Below are positions 46,000 through 56,800 of a stretch of DNA of 64,000 bases, one piece after another. The translations under genes were made by a program, and so were the position numbers. The notes under the pieces are model-generated. The model ran no database searches and was not told the origin of the DNA. It was given only the letters and a program-made list of their open reading frames with translations. This DNA comes from Chloroflexota bacterium (GTDB lineage: Bacteria > Chloroflexota > Anaerolineae > UBA2200): NCBI GenBank assembly GCA_014360755.1, contig JACIWX010000002.1:269988-333987 (forward strand), written 5' to 3'. Positions within the stretch are counted from its first letter, which is position 1. Each line of letters starts with the position of its first letter.

Positions 46000-46938
46000 A
46001 TGGCTTTTCGAACGACACTCATTGGATTAGGATTGGTTGGCAGTTCGATTGGACTGGCCCTGAAGGGGACAGGAGCCGACCTGGAAATCATTGGCCATGA
46101 CAAAGACAGCGACGCAGCCAGGCGCGCTTACAAAAGCGGCTGCGTGGACCGCACCGAATGGAACCTGATCAATGCCTGCGAGGGGGCTGATTTGATTATC
46201 ATCAGCACGCCACTGGCTGGTGTCAAAAGCACTTTGGTGGCGATTGCGCAGGATGTCAAAGCAGGCTGTGTTATCACCGATACAGCCAGTCTCAAAGTGC
46301 CTGTATTGGATTGGGCGCGCGAATCCCTGCCCAGCACGGTCCATTTCGTCGGCGGGCACCCCATCATCGCTAAACGGGATTTCGAGCCTATGACACCCGC
46401 CGCCGACCTCTTTGTCGGCGGCGTCTACTGTCTAACGCCGAGCACCAGCACACCTCCTGAGGCTCTGCAAAAAGTATCTGACCTGGCCGAGGCGGTGGGT
46501 GCCAAGCCCTACTATATGGATGCCGCCGAGCACGACGGCTTGATCGCCGCCGTGGAACAATTGCCCCTTCTCATGGCCCTCGCCTTGCAGACCACGGCTG
46601 GCCAAAGCCCAGCGCGCCGGGAGATGATCCAGCTATCTGGTGCGGACTTTGCCAGCGTAACGCGGCTGCTGGTAGGTGACGCGCAAGGATTGGCTGAATG
46701 GTGCACGTTGAATGCAACCAACCTTGCACGCTGGCTCGATGTGATCCTCCCGCAACTCTCTGCCCTTCGTGATCTGGTCGCCAACAAAGACAATGCAGCG
46801 CTCCAAAAATCTTTTGCGAGTGCTTTGGAGACACATGGAGGGTGGACACGAAAGGGCGAAGCGGGGGAACCAACTGATTACAGCGACTTTAGCATGACGC
46901 GCATGTTATTCGGTGGGGCTTTCAAGCCTCCCAAATAG
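46000..46938 (+). CDS. tyrA: Prephenate/arogenate dehydrogenase.
   Basis: N-terminal Rossmann LIGLGLVGSSIGLAL. Conserved HFVGGHPI catalytic His region. Confidence 0.75.
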   Translation: MAFRTTLIGLGLVGSSIGLALKGTGADLEIIGHDKDSDAARRAYKSGCVDRTEWNLINACEGADLIIISTPLAGVKSTLVAIAQDVKAGCVITDTASLKVPVLDWARESLPSTVHFVGGHPIIAKRDFEPMTPAADLFVGGVYCLTPSTSTPPEALQKVSDLAEAVGAKPYYMDAAEHDGLIAAVEQLPLLMALALQTTAGQSPARREMIQLSGADFASVTRLLVGDAQGLAEWCTLNATNLARWLDVILPQLSALRDLVANKDNAALQKSFASALETHGGWTRKGEAGEPTDYSDFSMTRMLFGGAFKPPK

Positions 46939-46965
46939 CAAATTACCACGCTAAAGCAGGGCACG

Positions 46966-48159
46966 ATGCGAAAGACTTACAAGGTGCTGATGATCGCACC
47001 CACATCCTTCTTCGCTGACTATGGATGCCATGTGCGCATCCGAGAGGAGGCTACTGTTTTGCGCCAATTGGGCAACCAGGTCACGATCTGCACCTATCAT
47101 AACGGGCGAGACGTGGCAGGCTTGGACATCCGCCGCACTATACCCATCCCATGGCGCACACGCTATGAGGTCGGGTCTTCACGGCACAAAATTGCTTTTG
47201 ATGCCCTGCTGGAATGGACAGCGCTTTGCACTGCCTTGCAGATCAAACCAGATATCATCCATGGCCACCTACATGAAGGCGCCTTTATTGGCTATCCATT
47301 GAGCAAGTTGCTAGGCGTGCCACTGGTTTTTGACTTCCAGGGAAGCATGACCGGTGAAATGATTGACCATCGCTTCCTGAATCCACAAGGACCTTTCTAC
47401 CGCCCAGCGCGCTGGTTGGAGGAAAAGATCGTCCGCTTGCCATCCGCCATTATCACCAGTTCACGCCATGCAGCAAACCTGCTGACCAATGATTTTCACT
47501 GTAAGCCAGACAAGATCATCGCTATCCCCGATTGCGTCAATACAGATTTCTTCGCTCCCAGCCAATCGGAGGAATCGGTGGCGGCGCTCAAAGCCAGCCT
47601 GGGCATTCCGCCCGAACGGCGGGTAGTCGTCTACCTGGGGCTACTGGCAGAATGGCAGGGCACGGGCTTGCTTTTGCACGCCGCAGCCCAGTTGGTTGCC
47701 CGCCGGCGAGATGTGCATTTCCTGATCATGGGCTTTCCCTCTGTGGAGCTCTATCGTGCGCAAGCCAACCAACTCGGTTTGGAAAACCACGTTACCTTTA
47801 CTGGGAAAATCCCCTACGAACAGGCTCCAAGCTTTCTATCCATAGGCGATGTAGCAGTCGCGCCCAAGATTTCGAGCACGGAGGGCAGCGGCAAATTGCT
47901 CAATTACATGGCAATGGGCTTGCCCGTCGTGTCTTTCGACGTGCCTGTCAGCCGGGAGTATCTAGATAGCCTGGGCGTTTATGCGCGCCCTGGCGATGCT
48001 ACCTCGCTGGCAGAGGCACTGGAAGCCGTACTGGCAGACCGTGAACAAGCCCGGGCTTTAGGACAGCGCCTACGCCAGCGTGCTATCACACAGTACACCT
48101 GGCTTGAGGCAGGCCAGAAAATTATGGATGTCTATGACTGGGTAAGCAGCAGAAGATAG
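46966..48159 (+). CDS. Glycosyltransferase family 4.
   Basis: EGSGKLLNYMAMGLPVVSFDVP donor-binding motif. Confidence 0.8.
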   Translation: MRKTYKVLMIAPTSFFADYGCHVRIREEATVLRQLGNQVTICTYHNGRDVAGLDIRRTIPIPWRTRYEVGSSRHKIAFDALLEWTALCTALQIKPDIIHGHLHEGAFIGYPLSKLLGVPLVFDFQGSMTGEMIDHRFLNPQGPFYRPARWLEEKIVRLPSAIITSSRHAANLLTNDFHCKPDKIIAIPDCVNTDFFAPSQSEESVAALKASLGIPPERRVVVYLGLLAEWQGTGLLLHAAAQLVARRRDVHFLIMGFPSVELYRAQANQLGLENHVTFTGKIPYEQAPSFLSIGDVAVAPKISSTEGSGKLLNYMAMGLPVVSFDVPVSREYLDSLGVYARPGDATSLAEALEAVLADREQARALGQRLRQRAITQYTWLEAGQKIMDVYDWVSSRR

Positions 48160-48199
48160 GAAACACTGGCGCTCGTTTGTGATTTTCTAGGGAGGTGAC

Positions 48200-48802
48200 G
48201 TGCCCATAACAGACGTGCAAATTCATCCCACCGCCGAGGTTTCGCCCCAAGCCGAAATTGGCGCGGGGACAAAGATCTGGCATCAAGCACAAATCAGAGA
48301 GGGCGCGCGGATTGGCCAGTCGTGCATTATCGGCAAGGGGGTTTACATAGATTTCAATGTCGTTATCGGCGACCGGGTCAAAATCCAAAACGGCGCCTCC
48401 ATTTACCACGGAGTGACGATCGAGGACGGTGTCTTCATTGGCCCTCACGCCTGCCTGACCAATGACAAGCTCCCCCGCGCGATCACTCTGGAGGGGCAAC
48501 TGAAGCGTGATGCGGATTGGGAGGTGGGCAAAATTCTCATCCAATACGGCGCTTCCATTGGAGCCGGCGCGATCATCTTGCCCGGGGTAACTGTGGGCCG
48601 CTTTGCCATGGTTGGAGCGGGTGCGGTTGTGACCAAAGATGTCATTGCCCATGGCTTAGTCATAGGCAATCCGGCTCGGCTGGTGGGTTTTGTCTGCCAG
48701 TGTGGGCACAGGCTCGTGCCGGTGAGTGATGAAGAGCAACCGGGCGAGAAAAGACGCTTCTCTTGCCCGGCATGTGGACGTGAGTATACTTTCCCTGCAT
48801 AG
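48200..48802 (+). CDS. Hexapeptide-repeat (LβH) sugar N-/O-acetyltransferase with a C-terminal zinc-ribbon.
   Basis: Multiple [LIV]G-x4 hexapeptide repeats. CQCGH...CPACG at the C-terminus. Confidence 0.8.
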   Translation: MPITDVQIHPTAEVSPQAEIGAGTKIWHQAQIREGARIGQSCIIGKGVYIDFNVVIGDRVKIQNGASIYHGVTIEDGVFIGPHACLTNDKLPRAITLEGQLKRDADWEVGKILIQYGASIGAGAIILPGVTVGRFAMVGAGAVVTKDVIAHGLVIGNPARLVGFVCQCGHRLVPVSDEEQPGEKRRFSCPACGREYTFPA

Positions 48803-48828
48803 AAGATGACATTCCAGGAGGTTACAGC

Positions 48829-50262
48829 ATGCCCATTCGATTCGGCACAGATGGCTGGCGAGCAGTAATCAGCGATGAATTTACCTTTGAGAATGTGCGC
48901 CATGTAGCACAAGCCATCGCCGACTATGTCTTGGAAACGAGAGGGGATTCGCAAGCGCCTCTGGTCATTGGTTTCGACACGCGGTTCCTCTCTGACCGTT
49001 ACGCGCGCGAAGTAGCGCGAGTCCTGGCTGATGAAGGCCTGACCGTGTACTTATCCAAATCAGATTGCCCCACTCCAGCATTGGCTTATGCCATCCGGTA
49101 TCTGGGTGCGCTGGGCGGCATCATGATTACAGCCAGCCATAACCCACCACGCTACAACGGCATCAAATTCAAAGCCCATCACACCGGCCCAGCCCTTCCA
49201 GATGAAACACGCCGGATTGAGGAGATCCTTGCGCGAAACCAGGCTAGTGGACGAGCACCTGCAGCCAGTCTCTGGGCTCTCTCCAACGCCGATGCAGATT
49301 ATCCAAGGATTGTGCGTTTTGATCCCATGCCTCCTTACCTGGATCATCTGCGCAAACTCGTTGATTTTCAAGCCATCGCATCATCTGGCTTGCGTGTAGC
49401 TGTTGATCCCATGTACGGTGCGGGGCGGGGCTACATTGCCTCTTTTCTGCGCGAAGCAGGCTGTGAAGTCACAGAGCTGCACAGCGTGATGAACCCCGGC
49501 TTTGGCGGCATTCACCCAGAACCCATCGAACGAAACCTGAGTGACCTGCTCGCAACCATGCGCAGCGGCAACTACGATCTCGGGCTAGCCACGGATGGCG
49601 ACGCCGATCGCATTGGCGCAGTGGATGCCAAGGGCAATTTCGTTGACCCCCACCGCATCTTCTCGCTCATCCTGCGCCATCTGGTGGAGGAAAGGCAAGG
49701 GCGTGGGGCAGTGGTCAAAACTGTCTCGACCACACAATTGCTCAACAGACTCTCGCGACACTATGGCTTGCCGTTATATGAAACCCCCGTCGGTTTCAAT
49801 CACATTTGCGCCCTGATGATTAAAGAGGATGTGCTGATGGGTGGCGAAGAGAGCGGGGGCATGACCATCAAAGGGCATGTATTGGATGGCGATGGCATCC
49901 TCATGGGCTTGTTGCTGGCTGAATTGCTTGCTTATCGGCGCAAGCCCTTGCATCAAATTATCACGGAACTGATGGAGGAATTCGGCCCATTCTACTATGG
50001 GCGAAACGATGTCCATACGCAAAGCTTCGACAAGAAGGAACTAACCCAGAGGTTGACAGCGGAGGCTCCGGAGAGAATCTTGCACCATAGAGTAGTTCAA
50101 GTAAATAACAGTGATGGTGTAAAATATCTCCTGGACGACGACAGCTGGCTACTGATCCGCCCTTCTGGAACGGAACCGCTGTTGCGCATTTATGCCGAAG
50201 CACGGGAGCGCCCAGAAGTAGAGCAGCTGTTGGAAGCTGGCGCGAACCTCGCGCATGTATGA
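48829..50262 (+). CDS. Phosphoglucomutase/phosphomannomutase family protein.
   Basis: Catalytic TASHNPPRYNGIK. Metal loop DGDADR. Sugar-binding GGEESGG. Confidence 0.85.
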   Translation: MPIRFGTDGWRAVISDEFTFENVRHVAQAIADYVLETRGDSQAPLVIGFDTRFLSDRYAREVARVLADEGLTVYLSKSDCPTPALAYAIRYLGALGGIMITASHNPPRYNGIKFKAHHTGPALPDETRRIEEILARNQASGRAPAASLWALSNADADYPRIVRFDPMPPYLDHLRKLVDFQAIASSGLRVAVDPMYGAGRGYIASFLREAGCEVTELHSVMNPGFGGIHPEPIERNLSDLLATMRSGNYDLGLATDGDADRIGAVDAKGNFVDPHRIFSLILRHLVEERQGRGAVVKTVSTTQLLNRLSRHYGLPLYETPVGFNHICALMIKEDVLMGGEESGGMTIKGHVLDGDGILMGLLLAELLAYRRKPLHQIITELMEEFGPFYYGRNDVHTQSFDKKELTQRLTAEAPERILHHRVVQVNNSDGVKYLLDDDSWLLIRPSGTEPLLRIYAEARERPEVEQLLEAGANLAHV

Positions 50263-50325
50263 ATGGCTAATAAGCAATGACCAATGGGCAATGGCTGATA
50301 ACCAAGGACTAACGCCTGAGTTCCA

Positions 50326-53300
50326 ATGAGTAAGGGGGAGACGGTGGGGTCTTCGTTCGCGCACTTACATGTGCATACGGAGTATTCTCTCCTTGATGGC
50401 ATGTGCAAGATCAAGGACCTCGTTGCCCGCGCCAAAGAGTTGGGCATGGAGGCACTAGCGATCACCGATCATGGCGCGATGTATGGTGCAATAGAATTCT
50501 ACCAGGAAGCACAGCAAGCCGGCATCAAACCAATTATCGGCTGCGAAGTGTACCTGGCACCAAAAAGCAGGCTTAAGCATACTCCGCGGGCAGAAGCCCG
50601 GCTGTTCCATTTGATCCTCCTAGCCAAGAACGAAACTGGTTACAAGAACCTGATTCAGTTGACGACCAAAGCCCATTTAGAAGGGTTCTATTACAAGCCT
50701 CGGGTCGACAAAGAGCTTTTACAGGAACATCGTGACGGGCTCATTGCCCTCTCTGCTTGCGTTTCAGGAGAGATCCCTCGCTTAATCCAAGACGGCCAAA
50801 TAGACGCTGCACGAGATGCCATACGCTGGTATCAAGATGTCTTTGGCCCAGAAAATTTCTATCTCGAATTGCAGCGGCATGTAGCCATGCCCGAAATAGA
50901 AACGACAAACCAAGCTTTGTTGGCATTAAGCCGTGAACTGGGTGCAAAAATCGTCGCCACAAATGACGTCCATTATATCCGCCAGGACGATGCTGCTGCC
51001 CATGAAGTCCTGCTGTGCATTCAGACCAACACGACAATGGATGACCCAGACCGCTTACGCATGGGGGGTGACGATTTCTACTTGAAAAGCGAACAGGAAA
51101 TGGCTGCGTTGTTCGCCGACGTACCGGAGGCACTCACCAATACCCTACGCGTCGTATCCGAATGCACATTCGAACTGAAGAATGAGGGCTTCCATCTACC
51201 CGCTTTTGAGGTGCCCCCGGGCTACACCGCCCAGACCTATCTCGCGCACCTCTGCGAAGAAGGCCTGCAAAAACGGTATTCACTGATTACCCCGGAATTG
51301 CGCGCGCGGCTGGACCACGAACTGAAAATCATCCATGAAATGAATTTTGACATCTACTTCCTGATCGTCTGGGATTTGATTCGCTTTGCCAAGAGCCGAG
51401 ATATCCCCTGGAATGTGCGCGGCTCCGCTGCTGCCAGTATCGTGGCGTATTCCTTGGGACTGACCAATCTGGAACCACTTCGCCATGGCCTTATTTTTGA
51501 GCGGTTTCTCAACCCTGGCCGCATCACAATGCCGGATATTGACCTGGATTTCCCGGATGATCGCCGCAATGAGATGATTGAATACGTCATCCAAAAGTAT
51601 GGCAGCGACCGGGTTGCGCAGATCATCACCTTTGGCACCATGGCTGCACGCGCCGCCATTCACCATGTAGGGCGAGCACTAGGCCTTCCACCGGGAGAAG
51701 TCGTGCGTCTGGCTAAGCTGGTGCCTCCTGGCATAAAGATCAAAATACAGGATGCCCTAGAAGCTTCACAAGACTTGCGTGTCATTTACGAACAAGATGA
51801 CTATATACGCAACCTGATTGACAAAGCCCGTCAGCTTGAGGGGGTTGCACACCATATTTCCACGCATGCGGCTGGCATTGTCATCGCGGATAAGCCGTTG
51901 GTGGAATATGTGCCTGTGCAACATATCCCGAGAGGCAAAGAAATTATCACGCAGTATCCTATGGGGGCTCTGGAAGACATCGGCTTGTTGAAAATAGATT
52001 TCCTGGGCCTCTCTACCCTGACGATCATGCGACGCGCGGTGGATTTGATCAACGCTCGTCACGGCACTGCTTTTCGCTTGGATAACATCCCTACGGACGA
52101 TCCCGCTATCTATGAATTGCTCTCGACTGGCAACGTGATCGGTCTGTTCCAGGTCGAAGGAGCAGGGATGCGCCGCGTACTACAAGAGTTGCAACCTTCC
52201 AATTTTGAGGACGTAGTTGCTCTCCTTTCCCTTTACCGCCCTGGGCCCATGCAGTTTATAGACAGCTATGTGGCGCGCAAATACGGCCGAGAAAAAGTGG
52301 AATACATCCACCCTAGCCTGGAACCCATACTGCGCGAGACGTATGGCATTATCGTCTATCAAGAGCAAATTATCCGCATCGCAACAGATATCGCGGGTTA
52401 CACCAGCGCTGAAGCCGATTTGATGCGTCGAGCCGTGGGCAAGAAAAAGGAGAAGGAGCTCAAGGAACAGCGGGACAAATTTGTGCAGGGTGCCGTGGAA
52501 CGCGGCTTGCCCAGAGACAAGGCTGAGGAGATCTTCTCAGCCATTGAGTACTTTGCCAACTATGGCTTCAACAAAGCCCATAGCGCAGCCTATGCCGTGA
52601 TCACCTGCCAGACAGCTTACCTCAAGGCGCATTACCCTGTTGAGTATATGACCGCCTTGCTCTCGGTGGAGCGCAATAATAGCGAGAAAATTGCCACCCT
52701 TGTGGCAGAATGCCGCCGTCTGGGCATTGAGGTACTCCCTCCAGATATAAACCGCAGTGAGCTCGATTTTACAATAGAAGATATCCCTGTCCCCAAAGGG
52801 CAGCCACAAGATCAGGCGCAAACCCACCGCCCAGCAATCCGCTTTGGCTTAGGGGCGATCAAAAATGTGGGTGAAGGTCCGGTGCAAACCATCTTGCAGG
52901 CACGCGCTGCTCAGGGACCTTTCACCAGCGTGGCTGACTTTTGCCGACGTGTGGACCTGCGACAGATCAACAAACGCGCTTTGGAATGCCTCATCAAAGC
53001 AGGAGCGATGGATTCCCTGGCGGAAAGAGCTCGCCTGCTAGCCATCATTGATCGTATGCTGGGGCTCAGCCATCTGCACCACCAAGCCAGCGCGGTTGGG
53101 CAACTGGCATTCGATGCCTTATATACACGCTCTTCTGGTGATGCTGACCTCATGGCAGATCATGTGTTTGTCCCACCCGTTTCGCAAAAGGAAAAACTTG
53201 CCTGGGAGAAAGAACTCCTGGGAACCTATGTATCCGATCATCCACTACAACGCCTTGTGCAAAATGCCTGGGAGCCCCGCCAGAACAAGTTGTACACACC

Positions 53301-53862
53301 GCTCGATCAAATTGATGAATCGCTCAAAGGTCATACGGCCATCGTAGCGGGTAGGGTGATTAGATCTCGCCCGACAACAACGCGCAAAGGCGAAGAAATG
53401 GCGTTTGTCGAACTGGAAGACTTGAGCGGCAGCATAGATGTTGTCATTTTCCCCAAGGCATACAAGCAATGCAAAGAATTGCTGGTGGAGGACCAGTTGC
53501 TCGAAGTAGAGGGGAAGGTAGATATACGCAACGGAAAGGCTCAGATTGTTGGAGATACGGTACTGGATTACGCTCTGGCAAATTCGCGCAAGAACAATGT
53601 AGCACCTCGTGCGCATCTACTCGAAATCAACCTCCACTGCAGTGGTAATCGTGAACATGATATACAGTTGTTGCGGAAAGTGTACCAGATTTTGGAAGGA
53701 CACCCGGGCCCAGATCGCTTTCGCTTCAACATTATCAGCGAACAAGGACGCGTACAACTGGAATTTCCCAATGCGACCACGAATTTTGTACCGGAGTTGG
53801 AAGCACAGCTTAAGGAAACACTGGGTGAAAACGCACTCTATGTGCAATGGATAGAAGCATGA
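50326..53862 (+). CDS. dnaE: DNA polymerase III alpha subunit.
   Basis: PHP domain FAHLHVHTEYSLLDG. 1178 aa. Polymerase core and OB-fold C-terminus. Confidence 0.95.
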   Translation: MSKGETVGSSFAHLHVHTEYSLLDGMCKIKDLVARAKELGMEALAITDHGAMYGAIEFYQEAQQAGIKPIIGCEVYLAPKSRLKHTPRAEARLFHLILLAKNETGYKNLIQLTTKAHLEGFYYKPRVDKELLQEHRDGLIALSACVSGEIPRLIQDGQIDAARDAIRWYQDVFGPENFYLELQRHVAMPEIETTNQALLALSRELGAKIVATNDVHYIRQDDAAAHEVLLCIQTNTTMDDPDRLRMGGDDFYLKSEQEMAALFADVPEALTNTLRVVSECTFELKNEGFHLPAFEVPPGYTAQTYLAHLCEEGLQKRYSLITPELRARLDHELKIIHEMNFDIYFLIVWDLIRFAKSRDIPWNVRGSAAASIVAYSLGLTNLEPLRHGLIFERFLNPGRITMPDIDLDFPDDRRNEMIEYVIQKYGSDRVAQIITFGTMAARAAIHHVGRALGLPPGEVVRLAKLVPPGIKIKIQDALEASQDLRVIYEQDDYIRNLIDKARQLEGVAHHISTHAAGIVIADKPLVEYVPVQHIPRGKEIITQYPMGALEDIGLLKIDFLGLSTLTIMRRAVDLINARHGTAFRLDNIPTDDPAIYELLSTGNVIGLFQVEGAGMRRVLQELQPSNFEDVVALLSLYRPGPMQFIDSYVARKYGREKVEYIHPSLEPILRETYGIIVYQEQIIRIATDIAGYTSAEADLMRRAVGKKKEKELKEQRDKFVQGAVERGLPRDKAEEIFSAIEYFANYGFNKAHSAAYAVITCQTAYLKAHYPVEYMTALLSVERNNSEKIATLVAECRRLGIEVLPPDINRSELDFTIEDIPVPKGQPQDQAQTHRPAIRFGLGAIKNVGEGPVQTILQARAAQGPFTSVADFCRRVDLRQINKRALECLIKAGAMDSLAERARLLAIIDRMLGLSHLHHQASAVGQLAFDALYTRSSGDADLMADHVFVPPVSQKEKLAWEKELLGTYVSDHPLQRLVQNAWEPRQNKLYTPLDQIDESLKGHTAIVAGRVIRSRPTTTRKGEEMAFVELEDLSGSIDVVIFPKAYKQCKELLVEDQLLEVEGKVDIRNGKAQIVGDTVLDYALANSRKNNVAPRAHLLEINLHCSGNREHDIQLLRKVYQILEGHPGPDRFRFNIISEQGRVQLEFPNATTNFVPELEAQLKETLGENALYVQWIEA

Positions 53863-56800
53863 CGAATCAACAAGCGCTGCATAAAGCCGTCGCGATATTG
53901 CTGCCCATTGCCATAGCCCTCCTACTGGTCGGGTTTGCTATTACCCTATGCATGCCTAATGAGCAAACTTCCACCATTGCCACCTGGAAACAGACGCAGG
54001 GACCAAGCGGCGGCAAGATCAACGCGTTATTGCTTGATGAGCGCAATCCTGGCCTGATTTATGCCGCTACAGATGGCGGCATCTATGTCAGCCAGGATGG
54101 GGGAAACGAATGGAAGCACACAAGCAAAGATTTGCCCGCAGGTCAAGAGATCATGACATTGGCTATGGCTCAACACCCCACACAGACCATATATGCTGGT
54201 ACTTATAACGGTGTGTATCACAGCACCGATGGCGGTCAAACTTGGTTGCCGCCTACTGCAGGCCTAACCCATAGCCCTGTTTTTTCCTTGGCAGTTGACC
54301 CTGAAAACAGCGCCAATGTATATGCAGGTACAGATAGACAAGTTTTCAAGAGCCTGGACGGGGGCAATACCTGGGCTGCGAGCAGCGAAGGGCTGCCTGA
54401 AGAAACGATCTGGGCTTTGGCCATAGACCATGCCTCGCCGAATATCCTGTACGCGGGCACGGACAGCGGCGTATTTAAAAGCACAGACTATGGTGAGCAT
54501 TGGCAACACGCCAGCACCAACATGCCAGCCAGGTTGCGTGTACAGGCTCTGGCTATTGATCCCATTGTCCCAACTATCCTCTACGCAGCCACGGAGGCAG
54601 GCGTTTATCGCAGCAACGACGGCGCAGCGACCTGGCAGGTTGCTACCGGGGGCATCGGTGAGATGATCGTCCACGCCTTAGTGATTGACCCTAACAATCC
54701 CCGCACTTTGTACGCAGCAGTGGGTGCGCAAGGCATATGGCAAAGCACCAACAGCGGGGAAACTTGGGCACCTGTCCCTGGCAACATAGAGGAGTTGGTC
54801 CTTGCGCTGGCTATCCATCCTGTGCACTCCGAGGTCATGTATGCAGGCACTGGGCGCGGTGTGTATTACACGAGCACAGGGGGTCAGCATTGGGAACCCA
54901 AAAATAAAGGTTTAATCAGCACCAATGTCTTATTGCTAGTAACGGTTCCAGAACGCCCAGGACATCTGTATGCCATCACGGGACTGGATGTATTCAAGAC
55001 AACCGATGATGGCAACACCTGGGTCTCTCTGAATCAGGGCTTGGCTAACCCCAATGTGCTAGCGCTGGCTGTAGACCCTGCTTCTCCTGATACCCTGTAC
55101 GCAGGCACTTGGTATGGCGAAATCTACCGCAGTGCTGACGGCGGCCAAAGCTGGTGGCGAGTGAACGCTGGCTTGGCTCGTGACGCACCTATTAGTGCAC
55201 TGGTCATCCATCACTCAGGCAGGACGAACCCTGGTGATCAGCCTTCGAGTGTGCTCTACGCAGGCACCAATGGAGCAGGGGTTTTCTATAGTACTGATGG
55301 TGGCATCCATTGGACGAGCGCCAGCGATGGATTGGCAAATCTTTACGTGCAGACACTGGCTTTTGCGCCTACTAAGGAAGGAATCCTCTACGCTGGAACA
55401 AGCAAAGGCCTTTACCGTGTAAAGTTAACCGGCAGATTGTCCCCCGATGGACTTCGTTGGGAAGCCTTGCAAAATGGGTTTGCCCAAGATGAAGTGCACA
55501 GCATCGTCATTGATGGGCGCTCCCCTAACGTGATTTATGCAGCAACGGCGATGGGAATTGGTGAAGTGTACTGTTCAACGGATGGGGGAGACCATTGGAC
55601 TGCGATAGGCAGGGGTTCGTTGCCCACCAACATCAAGATCCAAGCATTAGCACTCAACTCTTATCGTGGAAAGCCGCGCATTGTGTATGCTAGCACAGAT
55701 GGGGGGATATTTCGCAGTGAGGATGGCGGATTCAACTGGCGCGCCATTAACGAGGGCCTGCCGCCACGCGCCAATGTGCTGGCACTGCTAGTAGATGCCA
55801 AACGTTGCTACCTATACGCCAGTATCAAGAACAATGGCATTTACAGCACATTAGATAAAGGTTCAGGCCTTGCCACCTGGCGCCTTATCGTGGCGGGGAT
55901 ATTGAGTGCAGCCGCACTGGCGATTATCCTCTTTACCATTCAGGGACAGATCCAGGTCGCTAAGCAAACTCAAGACCAACTTTTCGAGCGCAACTGGCCA
56001 TTGTGGAGAGAGGAAATTGAACGCATTCTGCGCGACCAAAACGCCGTCACGATGGAAACACTAGCCCAAGTGCCTAGCCCCTTTAGGCTTCGCGCTATGC
56101 AACAATACATGCAAGAACAAGGGGAGGACAACCTTGTGCTACGTTTGAATCCTCCTGTGCTGGAGCCAGCCAACTCAATGCTGGTGGGTAATTTCTTGCG
56201 CAATTGGCGCGCTGCGCAGAGGAGGGCAAAGAATGCGATCGCTTTCAAGCCGATCGTCTCACGTATCACCGATCAGTTATGCCAGTTGCTCGGATTTACC
56301 CTCCTAGAGACCCGCTCTTACAAAGAACTTCATGCTTATGTAATCAAAGCGCCTGCTTTGCGTCTGAAAATGCCTCCCATGTTTCCTCTTATCTTCCTCC
56401 AAAAGCCCAACCTCACCGAGCAGGATATCCACGATCTGCATGATTTAATGAGCATTCTCAATGTTGCCAGTTATCTCGCCTTGCTCGTGCTCCCAGATAG
56501 CCGTACTAGCCAAGAACCCTCTGAGGCAAAGATGTTGCTCAAGAAATTGACCCATGGGACTGCCTATGATTTCATCGCGATGGATTTTGACGACCTGCAC
56601 CGTATCTTTGTGGCAAAGAATCCAGAAAAGAGATTTATCCGCATCCTGCTTTCACAGGTAGATTTGACTGTGGTGTCGCCTTACGTGATATCGGGCCCCG
56701 TGCCCGAAAACATGTTCTTCGGTCGAGACCATGAATTAAAGACTATTACACGCATGATCAAGGACAATAACTTTGCCATTGTCGGTGGACGGAAAATCGG